Assembly: GCA_030824725.1 (NCBI GenBank)
Contig: JAPJRE010000001.1
Coordinates: 1 to 40,969 of the forward strand
Source: Sphingomonas sp.
Lineage (GTDB): Bacteria > Pseudomonadota > Alphaproteobacteria > Sphingomonadales > Sphingomonadaceae
Length of the DNA stretch: 40,969 bases
Direction of reading: 5' to 3'
Shown here: one piece after another, positions 27,710 to 35,899 of the stretch
Position numbering within the stretch: position 1 is the stretch's first letter
How the letters are laid out: each line of letters starts with the position of its first letter
The notes under the pieces: model-generated
What the model saw: only the letters and a program-made list of their open reading frames with translations
What the model was told of the DNA's origin: nothing
Database searches by the model: none
Program-made: the position numbers and the translations under genes

Positions 27710-28377
27710 TCGAGGGGCTCGAAGTGATCCGCCATCCCCGCGCGCGGCGGATGCGGCTCGCGATCGATCCCCGCGACGGCAAGGTGCGGCTGACCATCCC
27801 GCCGCGCGCCTCGCTCGCCAAGGCAATGCAATGGGTGGGCGAGCAGCAGGTCTGGATCGACGCGCAGCGCGAGCGGTTGCCGGGGGGGCGGCCGTTCGTG
27901 CCGGGCGCGTGCGTGCCGTTCGGTGACGGCGAACTGACGATCGTGTGGCCGGTTGCTGGAGTACGCGGCGTGCGGCGCGAAGGCGAACAACTACTGTGCG
28001 GCGGGACCGAGGAAGGTCTCGGCCGCCGCGTCGACCGCTGGCTTCGCGCCGAGGCGCTGCGGGTGTTGAGCGACGAGACCGCGCACTATGCCGCGCTCGC
28101 CGGGGTGCGGGTCACCAAGGTGGCGATCAGCGATGCGCGAAGCCGCTGGGGAAGCTGCGCGTCGACGGGGGTGATCCGCTACAGCTGGCGGCTGATCCTG
28201 GCGCCGAGCGAAGTGCGCCGGGCGACGGTGGCGCATGAAGTCGCGCATCGCGTCCATATGAACCACGGCCCCGATTTCCACGCGTTGGTCGAGCAGCTCT
28301 ACGGCGCCGACCCTACGCCGCATCGGCACTGGCTGCGCAAACATGGTGCCGGCCTGCACTGGATCGGGCGGGAATAG
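27706..28377 (+). CDS. M48/YgjP (DUF45) family metallopeptidase-like protein
   Basis: RHPRARRMRL, SRWGSC and VAHEVAHRVHMNHGPDF (HEXXH); TTGA overlap with ycgN. Confidence 0.88.
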   Translation: MIEGLEVIRHPRARRMRLAIDPRDGKVRLTIPPRASLAKAMQWVGEQQVWIDAQRERLPGGRPFVPGACVPFGDGELTIVWPVAGVRGVRREGEQLLCGGTEEGLGRRVDRWLRAEALRVLSDETAHYAALAGVRVTKVAISDARSRWGSCASTGVIRYSWRLILAPSEVRRATVAHEVAHRVHMNHGPDFHALVEQLYGADPTPHRHWLRKHGAGLHWIGRE

Positions 28378-28392
28378 CGTCCCGCCTGCCAG

Positions 28393-28417
28393 TCCCCCTC
28401 CCGCCTGCGGGCGGGGA
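28393..28417. repeat. REP-like palindrome between convergent genes
   Basis: TCCCCCTCCCGCCTGCGGGCGGGGA; same core as the elements at 15021 and 40316. Confidence 0.55.
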
Positions 28418-28439
28418 GATTAGAGCAGTGCCCCGCCCC

Positions 28440-30587
28440 TCAATATTCGTCGTTGGGCCGCTGGCGATCCTGCGGCGCGGGCTGGCGCTGCGGTTGGCGG
28501 GGTTGCTGTTGCTGCGCCGGTGGGCGACCGGTCATCCGGTTGATCCAGTCGCGGTCGAGCCGCTCGCCCTGCTGCTGGACGGGCGCCGGGCGTCCCCCCT
28601 GCTGGACCGGCTCGGTGCCGTCCATGCCCTCGCTGTCCTGCGGCTCGGTTGGCACCTGCGGGGGTTGGGCGATCGGATTGCCGTCCGGATCGACCATCAT
28701 GCCATTGTCGGGCGCGCCATATGCGTCCTCGTCGGGCTCGAGCATGTTGTCCGGCGGGGTCAGCTCCGTCTCGAACTGCTCGACCGGCCGGTTGGCCACT
28801 GCCTGGATCATGAAGTCATGGAAGGCACGCGCCGGGGCGCGTCCACCCTGCAGGCCCGGCACCACCTTGGCATCGTCGCGGCCCATCCACACGCCGGTGG
28901 TGAGGCCGCTGGAGAAGCCGATGAACCAGCCGTCCTTATTCGAGCTGGTTGTGCCGGTCTTGCCCGCCACCGGGCGGCCGATCTGCGCGGCGCGACCGGT
29001 GCCGGTCGCCACCGCGGTTTGCATCAGGTCGATCATCTGCGCCGCGACATAGTTGGCGACCAGCACATGACTCGTGTCCACCTCGTGCTGGTAGATCACG
29101 CGGTTGTTGGCGGTCACGCGGGTGATGCCATAGGGCGTCACCGCCACGCCATTGTTGCCCACGGAGGCGAAAGCGCGGGTCATGTCGATCAGGCGGACGT
29201 TCGAGGTGCCGAGCACCATCGCGGGCTGGGTGTTGATCGGCGTGGTGATGCCGAAGCGCCTGGCCATGTCCGCCACGGTGGTGAAGCCCACTTCCTGGCC
29301 CAGCTTCGCTGCGATCGTGTTGACCGAATAGGCGAAAGCGGTGCGGATCGTGATCGGACCGCTGTTGCGGCGCGAATCGTTGCGCGGGGTCCAGCCGTCG
29401 ATCGTCACCGGCTCGTCGACCACCACATCGTCGGGCTTGTGCCCGGCTTCGAGCGCCGAGAGATAGACGAACAGCTTGAACGACGAACCCGGCTGGCGCT
29501 GCGCCTGGGTCGCGCGATTGTAGATCGAGGACACATAATCCTTGCCGCCCACCATCGCCCGTACCGCGCCGTCCCGTTCGATCGAGACGAGCGCACCCTG
29601 TGCCCCGTCCGGCGCATTGGCGCGGATCGCCTCGTCGGCGCTGCGCTGCATGTTGAGGTCGAGCGTCGTCCACACGTCGAGCGGCGCCTCGGTCTCGTCG
29701 ATCAGCGTCTCCAGCTGGGGCAGCGCCCAGTCGGTGAAGTAGCGGACGCTGTTCTGCTTGGGCTCGGGCGCCAGCTGCACGGCGTGCGGATCGGTGCTGT
29801 TGGCCTGGGCCTCGCTGATCTTGCCGGCATCGGCCATCAGCTTGAGCACCACCGTCGCGCGATCGACCGCGGCCTCGGCGTCGGCGGTGGGTGAATAATG
29901 CGACGGCGCCTTCACCAGGCCGGCGACGATCGCCGCCTCGCCCAGCGACAGGTTGGTCGCGGGATGGCCGAAGAACTTGCGGCTCGCCGCGTCGATGCCA
30001 TAGGCGCCGCCGCCGAAATAGACCTTGTTCAGGTAGAGCTCGAGAATCTCCTGCTTGCTGAACTTGCGCTCGAGCGCCAGCGCCAGGATCGCCTCGCGGA
30101 TCTTGCGGGTGACGCTGTACTTGTTGGACAGGAAGATCGTGCGCGCCACCTGCTGGGTGATGGTGGAGCCGCCCTGCAGGCGCCGGCCTTCGTCATGCAG
30201 TCGCTTGGCCACCCAGAAGATGCGCGCCACGCCGATCGGATCGACGCCCCAGTGCGATTCGAAGCGGCGATCCTCGGTCGCGATGATCGCGTCCTTCATC
30301 GCCTGCGGGATCTGGTCGTACTGGATCCACTCGCCATAGCTCGGCCCGAGCGAGACCAGCACCGTGCCGTCGACCGCGTGGACGCGGATCATCTGGCCAT
30401 TGGGCGAGGACTTCATCTGGTCGAAGCTGGGCAAGGTCGCCCGCGCCGAATAGACCGCAATCACCAGCGCGATGAAGGCGATCAGCGCCAACGCCACGCC
30501 GCTGATCAGCGACCAGAGGAAGAACTTCTTCCAGAAGGAGCCCCGGCGCCACCAGGGCGCAGCTGCGGTTTTCGATTTCACGGCCAT
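28440..30587 (-). CDS. Class A penicillin-binding protein (PBP1A family)
   Basis: N-terminal TM segment; transglycosylase motifs EDRRF, GGSTITQQ, RKIRE and YLNKVYFG; transpeptidase motifs SSFK, SVN and KTGT; Q/P-rich tail. Confidence 0.95.
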   Translation of the reverse strand: MAVKSKTAAAPWWRRGSFWKKFFLWSLISGVALALIAFIALVIAVYSARATLPSFDQMKSSPNGQMIRVHAVDGTVLVSLGPSYGEWIQYDQIPQAMKDAIIATEDRRFESHWGVDPIGVARIFWVAKRLHDEGRRLQGGSTITQQVARTIFLSNKYSVTRKIREAILALALERKFSKQEILELYLNKVYFGGGAYGIDAASRKFFGHPATNLSLGEAAIVAGLVKAPSHYSPTADAEAAVDRATVVLKLMADAGKISEAQANSTDPHAVQLAPEPKQNSVRYFTDWALPQLETLIDETEAPLDVWTTLDLNMQRSADEAIRANAPDGAQGALVSIERDGAVRAMVGGKDYVSSIYNRATQAQRQPGSSFKLFVYLSALEAGHKPDDVVVDEPVTIDGWTPRNDSRRNSGPITIRTAFAYSVNTIAAKLGQEVGFTTVADMARRFGITTPINTQPAMVLGTSNVRLIDMTRAFASVGNNGVAVTPYGITRVTANNRVIYQHEVDTSHVLVANYVAAQMIDLMQTAVATGTGRAAQIGRPVAGKTGTTSSNKDGWFIGFSSGLTTGVWMGRDDAKVVPGLQGGRAPARAFHDFMIQAVANRPVEQFETELTPPDNMLEPDEDAYGAPDNGMMVDPDGNPIAQPPQVPTEPQDSEGMDGTEPVQQGGRPAPVQQQGERLDRDWINRMTGRPPAQQQQPRQPQRQPAPQDRQRPNDEY

Positions 30588-30631
30588 GTACGGCGTGGTC
30601 GATTACAGGCTTGAGGGGCTTCCCACAAGGA

Positions 30632-31045
30632 TCAGGCGGCGGAAGCCCCAGCAGCGCGCGGCCGGAAATCGAGGCTGACCGAGTTCATGCAATAGCGCAG
30701 GCCCGTCGGCGGCGGCCCATCGGGGAAGACATGGCCGAGATGGCCGTCGCACCGCGCGCAACGCGCCTCGATCCGGCGCATGCCATGGCTGGTATCGGCA
30801 TGCTCGGTCACATGGTCGGGCGCCACCGGCTGGATGAAGCTGGGCCAGCCCGAGCCGGAATCATATTTGTCGATGCTGTCGAACAGTTCGAGCTGGCAAC
30901 CGGCGCAGCGATAGATGCCGTCGGCCTTGTTGTCGTTATAGTGCCCGGAAAACGCACGTTCGGTGCCCGCCTGGCGCAACACGTGGAACTGCTCGGGGGT
31001 GAGGCGCTTGCGCCATTCGGACTCGGAGAGATTCAGCTGTTCCAT
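30632..31045 (-). CDS. msrB: Peptide-methionine (R)-S-oxide reductase
   Basis: [24 protein letters not shown] and RYCMNS; two CxxC motifs. Confidence 0.96.
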   Translation of the reverse strand: MEQLNLSESEWRKRLTPEQFHVLRQAGTERAFSGHYNDNKADGIYRCAGCQLELFDSIDKYDSGSGWPSFIQPVAPDHVTEHADTSHGMRRIEARCARCDGHLGHVFPDGPPPTGLRYCMNSVSLDFRPRAAGASAA

Positions 31046-31054
31046 AGACCCAGG

Positions 31055-31083
31055 ATGTGGGTCCGCGGTCCGGCTCCGTCAAT
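31055..31083 (-). promoter_or_regulatory. Putative RpoH-type promoter of msrB
   Basis: ATTGAC-N16-CCCACAT versus the alphaproteobacterial RpoH consensus CTTGAA-N15/16-CCTATAT. Confidence 0.45.
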
Positions 31084-31096
31084 CCGGTGAAGGCCC

Positions 31097-31597
31097 TCAA
31101 TCGGGGATGGTGATCCGCTGCACCACCGCACCGCTCTCGCGCAGCTGCGCCTTCAGCACCTCGGGCTTGGGGGCGTAGAGGAAGCCGAAGCTCACCGTGC
31201 CCTTGCGGGTGCGCACGGCGTGGTGGAGCCGGTGCGCCTGGACGATCCGCTTCATGTAGCTGGAGCGCGGGATGTAGCGGTGGCGGATCCGCTTGTGCAC
31301 GATCAGGTCGTGGAAGCCGAAATAGATCGCGCCGTACGCCGCGATCCCCGCCCCGATCCAGGTGAAGCCCGGCCACCAGCCGAGCTGCACGCCGCCGAGC
31401 AGCAGCACGAACGACGGCACCGCGAAGATCGCCGCATAGAGGTCGTTGAGCTCCCAATTGCCGGTGCGCGGACGGTGGTGGCTCTCGTGGAGGAACCAGC
31501 CGGGCCCGTGCATGATCCAGCGATGCGCGGCATAGGCGAACAGTTCCATGCCGAGCACGGTGGCGAGGAAGATCAGGACGGCGTTGAGCGGCGACAT
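31097..31597 (-). CDS. crtZ: Beta-carotene hydroxylase
   Basis: GMELFAYAAHRWIMHG, WFLHESHH, WELNDLY, YFGFHD and AHRLHH...VSFGF His boxes; start trimmed to ATG 31597. Confidence 0.92.
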   Translation of the reverse strand: MSPLNAVLIFLATVLGMELFAYAAHRWIMHGPGWFLHESHHRPRTGNWELNDLYAAIFAVPSFVLLLGGVQLGWWPGFTWIGAGIAAYGAIYFGFHDLIVHKRIRHRYIPRSSYMKRIVQAHRLHHAVRTRKGTVSFGFLYAPKPEVLKAQLRESGAVVQRITIPD

Positions 31598-31656
31598 GGC
31601 CCCCATGTAGGCGATCCCGCCGCGCCATTCCATTGACTTTGCCCAAAGAGGCAGGG

Positions 31657-32562
31657 TCACTCCTGGGGCATGTCCAGCAGATCCGCGCCCATCGCCGAGA
31701 TCAGCCAGTCGTGGAAGATCTGCACCGGCCGCAGCGTCAGCGCGCGGGGGCGGCAGACGAACCAGTAGCTGTAATGGCTCTCCACGGTCAGGTCGAACAG
31801 TTGCACCAGCCGCTCGTCGCGGGCGGACTGGTAGTGCGATTCGAGCATGAAGGCGACGCCGAGCCCCTGCGCGGCGGCTTCCAGCATCAGATTGCCCGAA
31901 TCGAACAGGTCGATCGCCGCCGGTTCGAGATCGGGATAGCCCGCCGCCATCCGCCAGGCGGTGAAGGTCTCGGGCATTTCGCGGTGAACCAGCGCGGTGA
32001 GCCGCGACAGGTCCATCGGGTCGCGCACCGGATTGGGCCCTTCGACCAGGCTGCGCGCGCCGATCACGTGGACTCGGTTGCGATCGAGCCGGCGCGAATA
32101 ATAGCCGGGGTCGATGTCGCGGGCGATGACGATCGCCGCGTCGAGCCCGTCGCCCAGCCGCGCCATGCCGTGGCTGCCGGTATCGACGTCGAGATGCAGC
32201 TCCGGGTGCCGCTTCTTGAGCTCGGGGAGGCGCGGCAGCAGCTGCTGCGTCGCATAGAGCGGCAGCACGCCGAGCCGGAGCCGCAGCAATTCGCTGCCGC
32301 TGGTCATCGTCTCGATCGCGTCGGTCATGGTGTCGAGCGCCGGCGCGATCAGGCTGAGCAGCCGGTCGCCGTCGTCGTTGAGCCGCAGCGACTGGTGCCG
32401 CCGCTCGAACAAGGGCTTGCCGATAAAGCGCTCGAGCGCCTGCACCCGCCGGCTGAGCGCGGGCGAGGACAGCGCCAGTTCCTCGGCGGCGGCCTTGATC
32501 GAGCCCAGGCGAGCGACCTGGACAAAGGCTTCGATCGCGGTGAGCGGCGGAAGGCGTCGCAT
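31657..32562 (-). CDS. LysR family transcriptional regulator (GcvA-like)
   Basis: MRRLPPLTAIEAFVQVARLGSIKAAAEELALSSPALSRRVQALE HTH; AAAQGLGVA; start trimmed to ATG 32562. Confidence 0.93.
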   Translation of the reverse strand: MRRLPPLTAIEAFVQVARLGSIKAAAEELALSSPALSRRVQALERFIGKPLFERRHQSLRLNDDGDRLLSLIAPALDTMTDAIETMTSGSELLRLRLGVLPLYATQQLLPRLPELKKRHPELHLDVDTGSHGMARLGDGLDAAIVIARDIDPGYYSRRLDRNRVHVIGARSLVEGPNPVRDPMDLSRLTALVHREMPETFTAWRMAAGYPDLEPAAIDLFDSGNLMLEAAAQGLGVAFMLESHYQSARDERLVQLFDLTVESHYSYWFVCRPRALTLRPVQIFHDWLISAMGADLLDMPQE

Positions 32563-32670
32563 CGATCCGTCTCTCTTCTTTGGTGCGGTGCAGCAATGGG
32601 TTTGTGCGAACGATACCCGTCCGCACAACCTCTTCCCGCTGGAGGGAATATCGCTCCGGACAATCGCGAT

Positions 32671-32712
32671 TGCAAGCCATGCATCTACGCGGTGTAATTT
32701 TCGCACTTGCAC
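32671..32712 (+). promoter_or_regulatory. Paired LysR T-N11-A boxes and -35 of the sRNA promoter
   Basis: TGCA-agcca-TGCA (32671-32683) and TGTA-atttt-CGCA (32693-32705), 22 bp apart, followed by TTGCAC (32707-32712). Confidence 0.6.
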
Positions 32713-32735
32713 AAAAACGTGCCGCACCGCACATA

Positions 32736-32805
32736 GGGGGTGCCTTTCAGGCATCCTCTCCTAAAACTTTCCAAGGCCGCCCTTTTTGAGGCGGCCCTTT
32801 TTTTT
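32736..32805 (+). ncRNA. Small RNA, SuhB/MmgR (alpha-r8)-like
   Basis: 5' hairpin GGGGGTGCCT-ttc-AGGCATCCTC; core ATCCTCTCCTAAAACTTT; terminator GGCCGCC-N8-GGCGGCC-C-T8. The architecture resembles the recalled suhB/mmgR family. Confidence 0.7.
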
Positions 32806-32854
32806 GCCTCCGCCGTTCTTAGCTTTCGGGCCTACCGCCACGAAGGAACCCAGA

Positions 32855-35140
32855 ATGGCCGATGACGAATCCCGCACCCGCCGCCTGCAGGTCGCCAATG
32901 CGCGGCCCGAGGACAGCGGCCGCGGACTGGCCCATATTCCGCGCAGCCTGATGGCCGCGCTCGGCATCACCGAGGGTGATGTGATCGAGATCGTCGGCAA
33001 GCGCAGCACCCCGGCGCGCGCCGTCCTCCCCTATTCCGAAGACGAAGGGCTGGAGCTGCTCCGCATCGACGGGCTCCAGCGTGCCAATGCCGGCGTCGGC
33101 TCGGGCGACTTCGTCGAGGTGCGCCGCGCCGATTCGAAGCCGGCGACGCGCGTGGTGTTCGGCCCGGCCCAGGCGAATCTGCGCCTGCGCGGCACCGGCG
33201 AGGCGCTGAAGCGCACTTTCTTCACGCGGCCGCTCACCTCCGGCGACACGATCGCCACCGTGGGGCACCAGCGCGCCGACGTGCCGCCCAACGTCCAGCA
33301 GTTCGTGCGGGCGCCCGCCTATGCGCTGCAGGAGATTCGCCTGACGGTGCTCTCCACCGTGCCCCGCGGCGTGGTGCATATCGACGAGAATACCGAGGTC
33401 GAGCTCCGCACCGAATATGAGGAGGCCTCAGAAAGCCGCCGCGCGGACGTGACCTATGACGATATCGGCGGCATGGCCGGCACGATCGACCAGCTGCGCG
33501 AGATGGTCGAGCTGCCGCTGCGCTACCCCGAGCTGTTCCAGCGCCTGGGCGTTGATCCGCCCAAGGGCGTGCTGCTCCATGGCCCGCCCGGCACCGGCAA
33601 GACGCGCCTCGCCCGTGCGGTCGCCAATGAGAGCGACGCCAGCTTCCATCTGATCAACGGGCCGGAGATCATGGGCTCGGCCTATGGCGAATCCGAGCAG
33701 CGGCTGCGCCAGGTGTTCGAGGAAGCGGCGAAGAACGCGCCCTCGATCGTGTTCATCGACGAGATCGATTCGATCGCGCCGAAGCGCGGCCAGGTGACCG
33801 GCGAGGCCGAGAAGCGCCTCGTCGCCCAGTTGCTCACGCTGATGGACGGGCTGGAGGCCCGCGCCAACATTGTCGTCATCGCCGCCACCAATCGCCCCGA
33901 GGCGATCGACGAGGCGTTGCGCCGTCCGGGCCGGTTCGATCGCGAGATCGTCGTCGGCGTCCCGGACGATCGCGGCCGCCGCGAAATCCTGGGCATCCAC
34001 ACCCGCGGCATGCCGCTGGGCGAGGATGTCGACCTGCCCGAGCTGGCGCGAACGACCTATGGCTTTGTCGGCGCCGATCTCGCCGCGCTCACCCGCGAGG
34101 CGGCGATCGAAGCCGTCCGCCGGATCATGCCGCGCCTCAATCTCGAGGAAGGCACGATTCCGCCCGAGGTGCTCGACACGCTGTCGGTCACCCGCGACGA
34201 TTTCCTGGAGGCGCTCAAGCGCGTCCAGCCTTCGGCGATGCGCGAAGTGATGGTGCAGGCGCCGACGGTCCGCTGGGAAGATGTCGGCGGGCTCGACGAC
34301 GCGCAGATGCGGCTCAAGGAAGGCGTCGAACTGCCGCTCAAGGATCCGGACGCGTTTCGGCGCCTGGGCATCCGGCCGGCCAAGGGCTTCCTGCTCTATG
34401 GCCCGCCGGGCACCGGCAAGACGCTGCTCGCCAAGGCGGTGGCGCGCGAGGCGGAGGCGAACTTCATCGCCACCAAGTCGAGCGACCTGCTCTCCAAATG
34501 GTATGGCGAGAGCGAGCAGCAGATCGCCCGGCTGTTCGCCCGCGCCCGCCAGGTGGCACCCTGCGTGATCTTCATCGACGAGTTCGACTCGCTGGTGCCG
34601 GCCCGGGGCGGTTCGATGGGCGAGCCGCAGGTGACCGAGCGGGTGGTCAACACCATCCTCGCCGAGATGGACGGGCTGGAGGAGCTCCAGTCGGTGGTGG
34701 TGATCGGCGCGACCAACCGGCCAAACCTGATCGACCCTGCCCTGCTTCGCCCCGGCCGCTTCGACGAGCTGGTCTATGTCGGCGTCCCCGACAAGGCCGG
34801 GCGCGAGCGGATCCTGCGCATCCAGACCGAGAAGATGCCGTTGGCATCGGACGTCGACCTGGGCTCGATCGCCGAGCAGACCCAGCGCTATACCGGCGCC
34901 GATCTGGAAGACGTGGTCCGCCGCGCCGGCTTGGTCGCGCTGCGCCAGTCGCTGGCGACCCGCGAAGTGACGATGGCACATTTCGAGGCAGCGCTGAAGG
35001 ACTCGCGGGCGACGGTTACGCCGGAGATGGAGAACGAGTATGAGGCGATGCAGGGCAGGCTGAAGCAGCAGGCCTCGTCGATCCAGCCGATCGGCTTCAT
35101 CGCGCCCGGCATGCTGGAAGGTCGCGGGCCGAAGGGCTAA
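32855..35140 (+). CDS. CDC48/p97/VAT family double AAA+ ATPase
   Basis: N-domain ([14 protein letters not shown]...[12 protein letters not shown]); two GPPGTGKT Walker A motifs, two IFIDE Walker B motifs and two RPGRFD; AAGGA SD before ATG 32855. Confidence 0.95.
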   Translation: MADDESRTRRLQVANARPEDSGRGLAHIPRSLMAALGITEGDVIEIVGKRSTPARAVLPYSEDEGLELLRIDGLQRANAGVGSGDFVEVRRADSKPATRVVFGPAQANLRLRGTGEALKRTFFTRPLTSGDTIATVGHQRADVPPNVQQFVRAPAYALQEIRLTVLSTVPRGVVHIDENTEVELRTEYEEASESRRADVTYDDIGGMAGTIDQLREMVELPLRYPELFQRLGVDPPKGVLLHGPPGTGKTRLARAVANESDASFHLINGPEIMGSAYGESEQRLRQVFEEAAKNAPSIVFIDEIDSIAPKRGQVTGEAEKRLVAQLLTLMDGLEARANIVVIAATNRPEAIDEALRRPGRFDREIVVGVPDDRGRREILGIHTRGMPLGEDVDLPELARTTYGFVGADLAALTREAAIEAVRRIMPRLNLEEGTIPPEVLDTLSVTRDDFLEALKRVQPSAMREVMVQAPTVRWEDVGGLDDAQMRLKEGVELPLKDPDAFRRLGIRPAKGFLLYGPPGTGKTLLAKAVAREAEANFIATKSSDLLSKWYGESEQQIARLFARARQVAPCVIFIDEFDSLVPARGGSMGEPQVTERVVNTILAEMDGLEELQSVVVIGATNRPNLIDPALLRPGRFDELVYVGVPDKAGRERILRIQTEKMPLASDVDLGSIAEQTQRYTGADLEDVVRRAGLVALRQSLATREVTMAHFEAALKDSRATVTPEMENEYEAMQGRLKQQASSIQPIGFIAPGMLEGRGPKG

Positions 35141-35154
35141 GCTGCCGCATCCAG

Positions 35155-35195
35155 GGCCGCCGACGACCAAGGCGTTGTCGGCGGCCTTTTCTTTT
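35155..35195 (+). terminator. Intrinsic terminator after the CDC48 gene
   Basis: GGCCGCCGACGAC-caaggc-GTTGTCGGCGGCC-TTTTCTTTT. Confidence 0.88.
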
Positions 35196-35206
35196 CAGCG
35201 AGCAGC

Positions 35207-35896
35207 ATGACCGATTCCAACCCGCTTCAATATTCCAACCGCCAATGGCTCTGGCCGGCGCTCGCCCTGCTGGGCCTGTCGCTGGCGGGACTTGCCGCAT
35301 TCCTCTGCCTGCGCTTCGCCAGCGGGTTCGCCTTCGATCCCGCGCTGCTGCTGGCCTTCCGCACGCCCGGCGACCTCGCGACGCCGATCGGCCCACCGTG
35401 GTTGCTCCAGTCGGCGATCGATATCAGCGCACTAGCCGGCTATACGGTGCTGTGGCTGGCGGGTGCGGCGACGCTGATCTTCCTGTTCGCGTTCGGCAAG
35501 CGCGCCGAGGCGCTGCTGCTCGGCGGATCGCTGATCGGCGCATCGATGATCAACGCGCTGCTCAAGCTGTTCCTGCAGCGCCCTCGCCCCGATGTGGTGC
35601 CGCATCTTGCGGAGGTGTCGAGCGCCAGCTTCCCCAGCGGCCATGCGATGATCTCGGCGGCCGTCTATCTTACCCTCGGCATCATGGTCGCGCAGACCCA
35701 GGCGAGCCGCTGGGCCCGGGCCTATATCCTGAGCTTTGCGGTGCTGCTGGTGCTGCTGATCGGCTGCAGTCGCGTCTTCCTCGGCGTCCACTGGCCGTCG
35801 GACGTGCTGGCCGGCTGGTGCTTCGGCGCGATCTGGGCGCTGTGCATGTTCGCGCTCAACGCGCGGCTGCACCGGCGCCAGGATTTCCGGCGCTAA
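35207..35896 (+). CDS. PAP2 family membrane phosphatase
   Basis: K...RPRP, SFPSGHA and SRVFLGVHWPSDVLAG. Confidence 0.93.
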   Translation: MTDSNPLQYSNRQWLWPALALLGLSLAGLAAFLCLRFASGFAFDPALLLAFRTPGDLATPIGPPWLLQSAIDISALAGYTVLWLAGAATLIFLFAFGKRAEALLLGGSLIGASMINALLKLFLQRPRPDVVPHLAEVSSASFPSGHAMISAAVYLTLGIMVAQTQASRWARAYILSFAVLLVLLIGCSRVFLGVHWPSDVLAGWCFGAIWALCMFALNARLHRRQDFRR

Positions 35897-35899
35897 GGC

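Noticed and set aside
28440..28760. Gln/Pro-rich repetitive stretch
   Set aside because: Low-complexity C-terminal tail of PBP1A, not a DNA repeat array
31097..32734. Apparent 545-aa CrtZ fusion
   Set aside because: The upstream part is an off-frame reading through the lysR gene; CrtZ-like sequence starts at ATG 31597
32786..32854. TTG-initiated extension of the CDC48 ORF
   Set aside because: It starts inside the sRNA terminator; ATG 32855 has an SD and fits the family N-terminus
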